Origin: a virus
Taxonomy: Duplodnaviria > Caudoviricetes
Virus record (IMG/VR): IMGVR_UViG_3300036982_000457
Location: 1-30,551 of that record
DNA: 30,551 nt
Reading direction: 5' to 3' (one strand)
Made by a program: the position numbers and the translations under genes. The notes below the pieces were generated by a model. The model searched no databases. It saw nothing but the letters and a program-made list of their open reading frames with translations, and was not told the origin of the DNA. Position 1 is the first letter of the stretch. Every line of letters starts with the position of its first letter. Shown here one piece after another: positions 8,827-16,889 of the stretch.

Positions 8827-9114
8827 TTATTTTATATATTTCTTCCAGTATTCAAATAGTTCATCTGATGTGTACCATTTATTTGGCTCACCGTCCCAGT
8901 CTGATATTTCTTTTACTATTGCCCATTGCATTCCAACTCTAATATTCTTACAATGTGTCAAACAATTTTCTCTTAACCATTCAATAAATTCAAAGTCTTC
9001 TTTATGGGTTAGATCAGCGTATTCCTGCATGGATTTGAGAATAAAGTCATAATTTGGATGATTTTTAATTCTCGGTGTATTTTTGTTTAGTATCTCCTCT
9101 GCTTGTTTTGTCAT
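8827..9114 (-). CDS. Hypothetical phage protein
   Basis: AEEIL...MQEYA motif plus FIEWL...TSDELFEYW. Confidence 0.6.
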   Translation of the reverse strand: MTKQAEEILNKNTPRIKNHPNYDFILKSMQEYADLTHKEDFEFIEWLRENCLTHCKNIRVGMQWAIVKEISDWDGEPNKWYTSDELFEYWKKYIK

Positions 9115-9119
9115 AGCTT

Positions 9120-9356
9120 TTACTTTTCAATTTTATACATGACTCCAATGTTTAATCCTAATATACATATCTGATACCAGTGACCAAATCGGTTAATGAT
9201 ATTAGAATATCCCGATCTGTTGCGTACACTAAATATCCACGAACTAATTAACCACCCTCCTCTTTTCCACTTACATAGTCCATGCCATGCGACCTTAATC
9301 CTTTTCCTGTTGATTAAATAATGCCAGTCGGTAAACGGTATTGCTCTCTTTTTCAT
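9120..9356 (-). CDS. Hypothetical Trp-rich basic protein
   Basis: ORF in the coding chain. Confidence 0.5.
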   Translation of the reverse strand: MKKRAIPFTDWHYLINRKRIKVAWHGLCKWKRGGWLISSWIFSVRNRSGYSNIINRFGHWYQICILGLNIGVMYKIEK

Positions 9357-9357
9357 C

Positions 9358-9603
9358 TTATTTACTTTTTAGATATTGGTAAATATTATGAATACAGGTT
9401 TCTTCATCAGCATAAAATTGTTGTGCAAACTTTATCAATTCATCTCTCAGGTCTATTGCTTTGGATTGTTGGTGATAGTCTTCCATCAACTTAAATATTT
9501 CCTGATAAAATGAAAGCGTATAATCAGGATCACGATTACAGGTTATGTGATCTGTTAATCCCTTTTCACGTTGTTCGATATAAAACTCTTTCGCTGTCTT
9601 CAT
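9358..9603 (-). CDS. Hypothetical phage protein
   Basis: MKTAKEF...LMEDYH motif, similar to 8827..9114. Confidence 0.6.
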   Translation of the reverse strand: MKTAKEFYIEQREKGLTDHITCNRDPDYTLSFYQEIFKLMEDYHQQSKAIDLRDELIKFAQQFYADEETCIHNIYQYLKSK

Positions 9604-9621
9604 AGTTTATTGTTTTACTAA
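9599..9621. repeat. 23-bp direct repeat, copy 1 (TTCATAGTTTATTGTTTTACTAA)
   Basis: Identical to 10184..10206; the two copies flank the Cys-repeat gene. Confidence 0.9.
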
Positions 9622-10188
9622 CACTTTAAAAATCTTGATCTGCTTTAGATATGGCTTCAAATGCTCGGTTTCTGCATGAACTTCTTTAACTCGTTTTTCA
9701 AAGTCCTTAATATTACCTTTCCAACATCCGCAAATTATCTGAGCATCGTCTTTGTTTGTCCAATAGATTGATGTTTGGGAATTACGAGAGCCGATTATCG
9801 GAGTTATGTATCGCTGTGGGTTAGATTTTATTTCCCTGCAATCCCTGCAATCACTGCAATCATTGCAATACCTGCAATCCCTGCAATCCCTGCAACCACT
9901 GCAACCACTGCAACCACTGCAATAACTGCAATCCCTGCAATCACTGCAACCACTGCAATAAATGCAACCACTGCAACCACTGCAATCCCTGCAATCCCTG
10001 CAACCACTGCAATCCCTGCAACCACTGCAATAACTGCAACCACTGCAATAACTGCAATAAATGCAACCACTGCAACCACTGCAATTTATTAATGTCTTAC
10101 TTTTCGCAAGTGCTGATTCTTCTGTTTCCATGTAAGCGTTCCATGAGTTATTGTTTTCATCTATCCATCTGTTGTTTACCTTTTTCAT
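9607..10188 (-). CDS. Cys-rich (Cxx)n repeat protein with conserved C-terminal GSR...CGCW.G cap domain
   Basis: 28 Cxx units, then IIGSRNSQT..IICGCWKGNIKDFEKRVKEVH, a cap seen in phage penta/hexapeptide repeat proteins. Confidence 0.8.
   Translation of the reverse strand: MKKVNNRWIDENNNSWNAYMETEESALAKSKTLINCSGCSGCIYCSYCSGCSYCSGCRDCSGCRDCRDCSGCSGCIYCSGCSDCRDCSYCSGCSGCSGCRDCRDCRYCNDCSDCRDCREIKSNPQRYITPIIGSRNSQTSIYWTNKDDAQIICGCWKGNIKDFEKRVKEVHAETEHLKPYLKQIKIFKVLVKQ
9832..10083 (-). repeat. Degenerate 9-bp tandem repeat, 28 units (TGC-NNN-NNN encoding CSG/CRD/CSY/CIY/CSD)
   Basis: Plus strand shows recurring actgcaacc/cctgcaatc/actgcaata units. Confidence 0.95.
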
Positions 10189-10206
10189 AGTTTATTGTTT
10201 TACTAA
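10184..10206. repeat. 23-bp direct repeat, copy 2
   Basis: Identical to 9599..9621. Confidence 0.9.
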
Positions 10207-10611
10207 TGTTTTAACTTTTTTAAGATACTTGTATGTAGCTGAACCACTACCGTTCCAGCTTCGGATAAAATCATCAGTTCGATAAGTGCCATACCTATTT
10301 GCATAAAACATAAAGATAGATTTTGACACATCAGGAGAATAAACATCGGTGTGTTTCAGCGACTTTCCTGCAAGCCTGTTGTATTCCTGCACCCGACAAT
10401 CCTGAATTTGTGCTATTCCAAGCGATTCTGTGCCGTTGCTTTCCAGATGATAAGCAAATCTATTACCTGAACTCTCGACCAAGCATACAGCTCGCCAGAT
10501 AGCCTCATAGGGTTGTATTCTCTCCGCTCGGTCAACGTACAGTGTTCGGTACTCAGGACAATACGCCCTGAATGTTATTGCGAGTAAAAGTGTTATAAGT
10601 ATCATTCTCAT
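10192..10611 (-). CDS. Lysozyme-like/SLT transglycosylase with N-terminal hydrophobic signal
   Basis: Catalytic VESSGN, GIAQI and SWNG motifs. Confidence 0.8.
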   Translation of the reverse strand: MRMILITLLLAITFRAYCPEYRTLYVDRAERIQPYEAIWRAVCLVESSGNRFAYHLESNGTESLGIAQIQDCRVQEYNRLAGKSLKHTDVYSPDVSKSIFMFYANRYGTYRTDDFIRSWNGSGSATYKYLKKVKTLVKQ

Positions 10612-10639
10612 TACATTTTAGATTCGTTTATAAATCAAG

Positions 10640-10879
10640 TTATCTTTTTGATTTCTTATCCATCTTCCCACGTAAACGCTTTATGTCCGATTCATCAAAA
10701 TAGAACTCAGGGGAATATTCCTCTGGCTCGTTTTTATGATATGATATATATTCTCCCATTGACATCTCATCAAAGTCCATCTCCCTGGCATCCCTTAGAC
10801 CTTTTTTCAGAATCAGCACTGCAACAACTATCGAAAGAATTGACAGTCCCAAAATCACATACCAAAGTAAGTTTTCCAT
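10640..10879 (-). CDS. Small membrane-anchored protein
   Basis: N-terminal transmembrane helix and acidic tail. Confidence 0.55.
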   Translation of the reverse strand: MENLLWYVILGLSILSIVVAVLILKKGLRDAREMDFDEMSMGEYISYHKNEPEEYSPEFYFDESDIKRLRGKMDKKSKR

Positions 10880-10881
10880 AG

Positions 10882-11112
10882 TTAGACAATTTTTAAGTAA
10901 ATAGAATGAGCTTTGTCAATGTTCTTAAAGTTGATCTTTCCTTCCTCTTTCAATTCTCGCATCTTACGAAGTATCGTCTCGTGGAATACTTGCGGTCTTC
11001 CAATCCTCCGACTTACCAGTGTATGAAGATGAAGGGTTGAAAACCTGATCGGCATAATAGGGTATAACTCCTCAACCGCTGATCGTACTGATTGCTTTCC
11101 TAATGGTTTCAT
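10882..11112 (-). CDS. Small winged-helix-like protein
   Basis: ETILRKMRELKEEGKI...Y pattern. Confidence 0.55.
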   Translation of the reverse strand: MKPLGKQSVRSAVEELYPIMPIRFSTLHLHTLVSRRIGRPQVFHETILRKMRELKEEGKINFKNIDKAHSIYLKIV

Positions 11113-11378
11113 GTGATTTCGTTTATTAGTATAAGTTTAGAAAGTTTACTGTAATCATTGCGGAGTTTTTTATCATACTCCATAGTCTGTAATATTGCTT
11201 TTCTGGAATTAACAACGTTTGATCGGCTCATCCCTATCTCATCAGCCGTTGTATTATCATCATTTGAAAAGGCGCATATCATCTGCCTTGCAATAACGTA
11301 TTTTTGATACCTGTTCTTTGATCGTATCATGACAGGAGAGATGAGATAATATTCTGATATGACATCAATAGTATTCAT
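11109..11378 (-). CDS. DnaA domain IV-like HTH protein (degenerate)
   Basis: SKNRYQKYVIARQM...ADEIGMSRSNVVNSRKAI matches the DnaA C-terminal S.KR....V.ARQ...IG..H.TV pattern. Confidence 0.65.
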   Translation of the reverse strand: MNTIDVISEYYLISPVMIRSKNRYQKYVIARQMICAFSNDDNTTADEIGMSRSNVVNSRKAILQTMEYDKKLRNDYSKLSKLILINEIT

Positions 11379-11887
11379 TTTGCTTTAATTCCGTACATCT
11401 CAGGATATACTTCTAATCCTTTTTTTAGTCTGTCCGCAACTTCTTTTAAAGGGACTGCATCCCAATCACTAAAATGATATTTACCCGATTGAAACCAGTC
11501 TATCTTCTTACAGATGGCAGATCCTACTGGATATTTCTCAAGACCGTCCCATTTTTTACCCATATCTAAGCTATCAGCGATACCCTTACTTTTCTGAAAC
11601 ATAGTGTTAGACATCTCCGAAAGCCATCCATTTATTGTTCTTGGTGTTAATCGACCATTACCATAGTGACCGAGTGAACCCTTTTTAATAGCACTCGCAA
11701 TAGCGTATAATGGGAGATGCTTATAGTCACCACGTACAAACTCGACTATTCTCGGAAGCGCAAGTATATCTAATTCACTTCCCATATCCACCTCAGCTCC
11801 TTTTATGAATGTCATAATAAGTATTTCTAAGTCCGATGGCGGTATGTCATTGCAAACCGTCATTGCGTAATCATCATATTTAGCCAT
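11375..11887 (-). CDS. Replication-associated protein (helicase-loader position)
   Basis: Directly follows the replisome organizer; AIKKGSLG.YG..RLTP.TINGWL motif. Confidence 0.5.
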   Translation of the reverse strand: MAKYDDYAMTVCNDIPPSDLEILIMTFIKGAEVDMGSELDILALPRIVEFVRGDYKHLPLYAIASAIKKGSLGHYGNGRLTPRTINGWLSEMSNTMFQKSKGIADSLDMGKKWDGLEKYPVGSAICKKIDWFQSGKYHFSDWDAVPLKEVADRLKKGLEVYPEMYGIKAK

Positions 11888-12587
11888 TTAGCTTATCCTC
11901 CAATTCTTTAATTTCTCTCATCTTGCGTTCTGTAAATGTTTCTTCTTTCTGTCCTTTTTCCCATGTTCTAACAGCCGCTCGCCAATCCTTCATCTTGTTT
12001 TTACCTATCATCCATCCTTTAGATTCGTAAAAGTTATACCAGCGAATCGGGTCAACATCATTATTTCTTTCTTTACAATATGCTTTTACCTCTTCTAATT
12101 TTGGCATACCATTTTTCTTACTATTTATATCTATATCTTCATTTATATTTACAGTATCAATTTCAGTGTTTGCTTCGCCTTTTGCTTGCTCTTTAGTTTT
12201 AGCTAATTGTGTTTTTAATCCTCCTTTTTTACCAGCATACGCACGTACAATACTTATCTCATTATCCTTAATCATACGCTTTTGTGATAATCTATCACCT
12301 CCATTTTGTAAAACACCTTCATTAATTAATTCAGTAAGACCAGAAATTATTTCATCTGTGCTGTAAGGTAAATATTTAGCAAGTTTCAAAGCAAAGTTTT
12401 TTATTTGATTATTTGTTTGCTTGTCTTTTTGCTTAAGCAAAATAACTCCATATTCATCTGATTTGTGCATTATGCAGATTAATCTTATGTAAATTCCAGT
12501 TGCTGAAGCGGAACATTCCATTAGTTTTTCATCTGTTAAAAAGTCCTGCACATATAATGGCAGGTAAGGCTGATCTCTTAACGCCAT
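11880..12587 (-). CDS. Replisome organizer / replication initiator (DUF1376/YdaU-like N-terminus)
   Basis: PYLPLYVQDFLTD..LMECSASATGIYIRL N-terminus; C-terminal PKLEEVKAYC..FYESKGW..GKNKMKDWRAAVRTWE. Confidence 0.85.
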   Translation of the reverse strand: MALRDQPYLPLYVQDFLTDEKLMECSASATGIYIRLICIMHKSDEYGVILLKQKDKQTNNQIKNFALKLAKYLPYSTDEIISGLTELINEGVLQNGGDRLSQKRMIKDNEISIVRAYAGKKGGLKTQLAKTKEQAKGEANTEIDTVNINEDIDINSKKNGMPKLEEVKAYCKERNNDVDPIRWYNFYESKGWMIGKNKMKDWRAAVRTWEKGQKEETFTERKMREIKELEDKLNG

Positions 12588-12886
12588 TGCTTATTAAATT
12601 TAGGTTGCCATTGCTTAATTAAACTCTTTTCTATATCTCTATAATCTTCAAACTGTTTCCAATAGAACTGAATATACCCATATACCTCAGTCAATACTCT
12701 TCTTACTTCATGCCTTTCATATCTTTGATATAAAGATTTTGCAGAACCTATGTAAAGAATGGAATAATCTTCAGTATTTACTAACAAATAAACTCCCGAT
12801 AATTGAGGAGGATCGGCATAGTCGGTATCATACGTATTTGGTGTTTTCCAATCCGGGAACACTTTTTTAAATTCTTTTTTATTCAT
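12578..12886 (-). CDS. Stand-alone GIY-YIG nuclease
   Basis: SGVY..LYIGSA..L.QR..H, catalytic E (IEKSLI) and PKFN. Confidence 0.9.
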   Translation of the reverse strand: MNKKEFKKVFPDWKTPNTYDTDYADPPQLSGVYLLVNTEDYSILYIGSAKSLYQRYERHEVRRVLTEVYGYIQFYWKQFEDYRDIEKSLIKQWQPKFNKQWR

Positions 12887-12895
12887 AATAAATAG

Positions 12896-13024
12896 AAAAC
12901 CCCTACAAACGAAAAAACATCAGGGACTAAGGAGTGTGCAACTCCACCTGATGTAATCCGCCCGTAGGGGTATGTTGTTAAGAAATTTAACCTATTTTTC
13001 ATTGCACATTTATTTTAGTCACTG
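12896..13024 (-). ncRNA. Structured 5' leader RNA upstream of GIY-YIG (nested stems; loop and bulge complementary to the 5' leader)
   Basis: Stems 12899-12906/12964-12971 (extended by G-U pairs on the minus strand only), 12917-12924/12947-12954 and 12931-12935/12941-12945. Loop region TGTGCAA (12935-12941) is complementary to 13002-13008; bulge GACTAA (12925-12930) to 13015-13020. Confidence 0.7.
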
Positions 13025-13032
13025 TAAATTTA
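13025..13032 (-). promoter_or_regulatory. Bacteroidota-type -7 promoter box (TAAATTTA, near TAnnTTTG)
   Basis: One mismatch to consensus; sits immediately 5' of the structured leader. Confidence 0.5.
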
Positions 13033-13059
13033 CACTATTGTTTTGAATAAAAAAATATT

Positions 13060-13290
13060 TTAACATAAATTATTCAAGTATCTTAATACCATAGCACCTA
13101 CTTGTATTAATTCTTTCCTTATCTTTTGATTGCCTTTTATATCTTTACTCTTTTTAATCTCATCCCAAAGCTCATCAATTTCCTCTTTAATAACTGCGTA
13201 TGCTTCATGGTTTGAATGTAAGTCAGGATACAATTCACTTGCTCTCAGGTATTCGATTTCAATTAACTTTAATGCTTCATCTATTCTCAT
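13060..13290 (-). CDS. MazG-like all-alpha NTP pyrophosphohydrolase
   Basis: HEAYAVIKEEIDELWDEI...KELIQVGAM (EExxE...ELxQ). Confidence 0.75.
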   Translation of the reverse strand: MRIDEALKLIEIEYLRASELYPDLHSNHEAYAVIKEEIDELWDEIKKSKDIKGNQKIRKELIQVGAMVLRYLNNLC

Positions 13291-14143
13291 AATAGTAATT
13301 TTAATTGTGGATCAGGATAATATTTTAAACTCAAGTTACAACAATCTTTTTTATTATAGTTCACATTGTCCCGAAAATATTCATAATGATCTTTTACATA
13401 TTCACCTACCGACACCTGATTAAATCCGGTTATCATATTTACTAAATCAATTTTTTTATCTAATTGTAAATGCTCAAAACCTCCAAAGTTTAAAGAGTAT
13501 TCTGAATAGTCAATATCAAACCATTTCTTTACATTGTGATTAACCTTTAAAAATTCAATCAATACCTTATTACATTTGATATTATTAATAATTTTAAGAT
13601 CAATGTTTTGAGGTATGAATGGACTTAATCTTAACGACACATCAAACCCTAACTTTTGTAACTTTTCTATTGCCTTAATTCTCTTTGTCGGGTGTGGTGC
13701 TTTCTCATATGTATTTGCAGAAGTCGAAGTAACTGTAATTTGAAAATGTGCCAGTGATTTATCATATATTTCAATATACTCATCATTTGTAACCATGTCA
13801 CTTTTAGTGACTATTAGATAGTTTATTTTATGATTATCAGCAATTTGATTGTATTATAAGTCATTCGTTTTTCTCGTTCAATAGGTTGAAAACAATCTGT
13901 CATACCTCCAATTCTTACTACATCAGTCAACTTTAATTCATTGATTCTGTTCCTTATTTCTTTAATGGTTGCGGTTGCTGGTTCCTTTGCGTTCCAGAAC
14001 CCTCGGAAACTCAACAGGCTTTTAGCGTAACAGTAACTACAATCGTGTTGGCATCCAAGTCCATAAGTATCTAATCTCTGAGTGTACCGACACCATGTAT
14101 TTACTTTCCTGTCAAGTTGCTTATAAGGAGATTTAAATTCCAT
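13287..14143 (-). pseudogene. Radical SAM protein (spore-photoproduct-lyase-like family) split by a 1-nt frameshift near 13823-13841
   Basis: ORF 13823..14143 has LDTYGLGCQHDCSYCYA and GGMTDCFQPIE. The -1 frame continues DNHKINYLIVTKSDMV into ORF 13287..13796 (RLSPFIP, CCNL). Repaired length is about 285 aa. Confidence 0.85.
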
Positions 14144-15537
14144 TATAACCGACCAATATTAGAATAATAATCTTTTATTTTCTTTAAATCACCCTTGTAA
14201 AAGGTATATATTTTCTGTTCTGATTTTGGAAATTTCCTCTGATGTAATGTTTTTTTAGCTTGCGCTCTTCTTGTAAATTCACTCTCCATGTAGATAATTT
14301 TATTATAAATATGTAATCCCTGACTTTTAAAAAATAATTCATGTTCAGCCTCACAACCATAATAAGCCCCATGTTTATCCCGGGAATCACCTGTCATTAC
14401 AACAAAAAAACAATTATCATTTAGTGCTTCAATTGCTTTTTTATAACCTTCAAATAATGTATTTCTAAACGCTTCATAGGTTGGGATTGAATTTAACTCT
14501 CCTTCTGGAATCTCTCCATTATAATCAATATACTTTTCAACCTTATAATATGGAGGGCATGAAAAAGCAAGATCAAACTTTAATCCGGGTTCATATGTTG
14601 AACTATCGCTTTTAATCCACTTTGCAGAATTAAGATCAGTACAAATTAGATTATTTGCATCACATTGGTTCTGCCTGATTTCACTTGCGATATATTCATA
14701 GCCGTATGATCCTGCGACATAACCAAACTGAACACCTCCGCCAAAAGGATTATAAATTCGTCTGCCATCTTTCGGCATAAAGAACCTTAACACAATCTCA
14801 CACATAGTAGGATCAAGTACCGATGCATTTCCATTTAATGATTTATCGCTAATATGCTTAATTTCATCCCCGTCAATTATGTTTTTTGATAAAACAATAT
14901 TTGACATACCGCTTTCCCCCTGCCAACAGCCTTCCCTTGTTGCATATTTAGGATTTGCAACATTATATTTTTCACCGGATACTTCTATTTTTTCATTCCA
15001 TTCCTTTTTAATTTTTAACCATTCACCTTTAGTTGTATTCCATAAATTAGTCGGTGCTATATGTGCCAACAACTTTAAACGTACATCTGATAATTTTCCA
15101 TAAACAATATAACTATAATCACCAGTTACTAAATATACTTGAAATCCCAGTGCTTCAAATATTTTGGGATTTTCAAGATAATGTTTATTTGAAACTGTCA
15201 TAACCATTGGATAATTATATATATTTTGTTTAATTATCTCAGCAACCATCATGCTATAAATATCTTTATCTTCTTTTCCGGGGTACATTGCAGATTGTAA
15301 TAAACAAAATTCTTTAACATTATGGTTTATCTGATATGTAAAAAAACCACTAAAAATATCATCCATTTTTAGAATAATAGCAGAATGAATTTGCATATTT
15401 TTTCTGGCTGCTCTATATGCCACCTTATCTTCAATGGCAAGTCTTGCAACGTCATTTTCATAACCAGAACCCAAAACGCTTTCGACATAAATAAATTCAA
15501 TTTTAGGTTCAAATAATTTTGTCTGTTCTATTTTCAT
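14143..15537 (-). CDS. Amino (N6A/N4C) DNA methyltransferase with N-terminal GNAT-like domain
   Basis: Motif I IYNPFGGG precedes motif IV FSCPPYY. The N-terminal ~150 aa has SGFFTY..FCLLQSAM..IFEALGF, a GNAT-like pattern. Confidence 0.8.
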   Translation of the reverse strand: MKIEQTKLFEPKIEFIYVESVLGSGYENDVARLAIEDKVAYRAARKNMQIHSAIILKMDDIFSGFFTYQINHNVKEFCLLQSAMYPGKEDKDIYSMMVAEIIKQNIYNYPMVMTVSNKHYLENPKIFEALGFQVYLVTGDYSYIVYGKLSDVRLKLLAHIAPTNLWNTTKGEWLKIKKEWNEKIEVSGEKYNVANPKYATREGCWQGESGMSNIVLSKNIIDGDEIKHISDKSLNGNASVLDPTMCEIVLRFFMPKDGRRIYNPFGGGVQFGYVAGSYGYEYIASEIRQNQCDANNLICTDLNSAKWIKSDSSTYEPGLKFDLAFSCPPYYKVEKYIDYNGEIPEGELNSIPTYEAFRNTLFEGYKKAIEALNDNCFFVVMTGDSRDKHGAYYGCEAEHELFFKSQGLHIYNKIIYMESEFTRRAQAKKTLHQRKFPKSEQKIYTFYKGDLKKIKDYYSNIGRL

Positions 15538-15549
15538 TGGGTTTATTTA

Positions 15550-15747
15550 TTATTTTCGATTTAACAATTTCTCTAACAAATTTATTCTATCTCTCAGCTC
15601 GCAGTCCTTGACAATGAGCCTGCTGTACTCTTTCGGGTTATTATAAACGGAGTCTTTTTTTAACAGCACAATATCAACTCTCTGATTAATCATTCTGATT
15701 ATCTCTCGTTCAATGCGCTTACGTAAGGGACTTTTGAATAGTATCAT
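15550..15747 (-). CDS. Hypothetical coiled-coil protein
   Basis: ORF in the coding chain with ATGA overlap. Confidence 0.55.
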   Translation of the reverse strand: MILFKSPLRKRIEREIIRMINQRVDIVLLKKDSVYNNPKEYSRLIVKDCELRDRINLLEKLLNRK

Positions 15748-16022
15748 TTCAAATATATTTTTCTGTTCCCTTGCATCACATTATTATGAATAAGTTGCAG
15801 TTCGCCTTTACTTAACGTGCTATGAGCTTTTTCGTGGCATCTACGGCAGAGTAACATCAGGTTATTAATCTTGTTCGCATCTTTACCGAGTCGTCCCCAG
15901 ATGTGATGAATATCGGTATTTCCAGCATCTATACGACTCTCTCTCATACAACCTTCACAACGGCAAACGTCCTGTTCACCAAGATCAAAGTAGTTAAGAT
16001 ATGTCTTTATATGAGATTTCAT
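15744..16022 (-). CDS. HNH endonuclease (Zn-binding)
   Basis: CEGC...DIHHI...NNLMLLCRRCHEKAH. Confidence 0.85.
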   Translation of the reverse strand: MKSHIKTYLNYFDLGEQDVCRCEGCMRESRIDAGNTDIHHIWGRLGKDANKINNLMLLCRRCHEKAHSTLSKGELQLIHNNVMQGNRKIYLK

Positions 16023-16429
16023 TACATAAATTCTATAATTTGTTTTTCGATTGTCTCTTTCGTGCTTCCAATGTCTTCAATGATCTTATCCAGAACACGA
16101 CTATAAACATCTTCAAACTCATCCTGATTCATACTTGCAAAACTAATCGAATCCGGGTCGTAATACACGCCTTTCGGAGTCTGATAAGCTGTAAAGAATC
16201 CCGCTTTAACAGTCATGTATTTCCGATAAGTATCAAACGGCATTTCAAGTCTGGTATTCTCATGACCGATGTTAAGCAATGCAAAGAACTTACGATGGAA
16301 CCCAACATTACGTGGATTCTTAATATCACATTCATAGTCCTCTCCGAGCTTCAGCTTGCGTTTATTATCAAAATCTGAAGGATAGAGAGGAACTAATCCT
16401 GTGATTGTATTTCTGCAAAGTAGCTTCAT
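16022..16429 (-). CDS. DUF1367 (NinB-like) protein
   Basis: PRNVGFHRKFFALL...AGFF...PDSISFASMNQDEFEDVY. Confidence 0.85.
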   Translation of the reverse strand: MKLLCRNTITGLVPLYPSDFDNKRKLKLGEDYECDIKNPRNVGFHRKFFALLNIGHENTRLEMPFDTYRKYMTVKAGFFTAYQTPKGVYYDPDSISFASMNQDEFEDVYSRVLDKIIEDIGSTKETIEKQIIEFM

Positions 16430-16887
16430 CAGAACAGAAGATCACTTAAATCATCAGGCACATTCTCATCGGCGACATTCCCGGGAAGTTCGTTTATATC
16501 AGACATTGCGCCAGTATGTATCTTACCTTTTACCGCCTGCCCTTCTTTGTTGTCTGGTTTATCTTCTTTTTTGATTGAAGCTATAAATTCAAAGCGATCA
16601 CAAACAACCTCATTAGACCAGTGATCTACTCCGTCTTTGTCGGTATATTTACGGATTGAAATTTTGCCCTCGACCATTAGTTGATCGCCTTTATGTACCC
16701 ACTGCTTTAGGATTTCACATTGCTTGCCCCAGAATACGAGATTATGCCACGTTGTTTCTGTTATCTTCTCATCATTCTTTTTGTAGCTTTCTGAGGTAGC
16801 CAAACTGAATTTACATACCTGTGACTGTCCGACTACCTTAACTTCTGGGGTTTGACCTACCCGACCTAATAAGATTACTTTATTCAT
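16429..16887 (-). CDS. ssb: Single-stranded DNA-binding protein
   Basis: MNKVILLGRVGQTPE..FSLATSE..TTWH..KGDQLMVEGK, with acidic tail. Confidence 0.97.
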   Translation of the reverse strand: MNKVILLGRVGQTPEVKVVGQSQVCKFSLATSESYKKNDEKITETTWHNLVFWGKQCEILKQWVHKGDQLMVEGKISIRKYTDKDGVDHWSNEVVCDRFEFIASIKKEDKPDNKEGQAVKGKIHTGAMSDINELPGNVADENVPDDLSDLLF

Positions 16888-16889
16888 GA

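Noticed and set aside
9832-10083. CRISPR-like array
   Set aside because: Contiguous 9-bp coding units with no spacers and no cas genes.
9775-10092. Alternative-frame ORFs 9775..10092 (+) and 9828..10079 (-)
   Set aside because: Shadows of the stop-free 9-bp repeat; the Cys frame has the conserved flanking domains.
12896-12971. tRNA or known riboswitch
   Set aside because: No cloverleaf, TTC loop or CCA, and no aptamer consensus that I recognise; Rfam search still needed.
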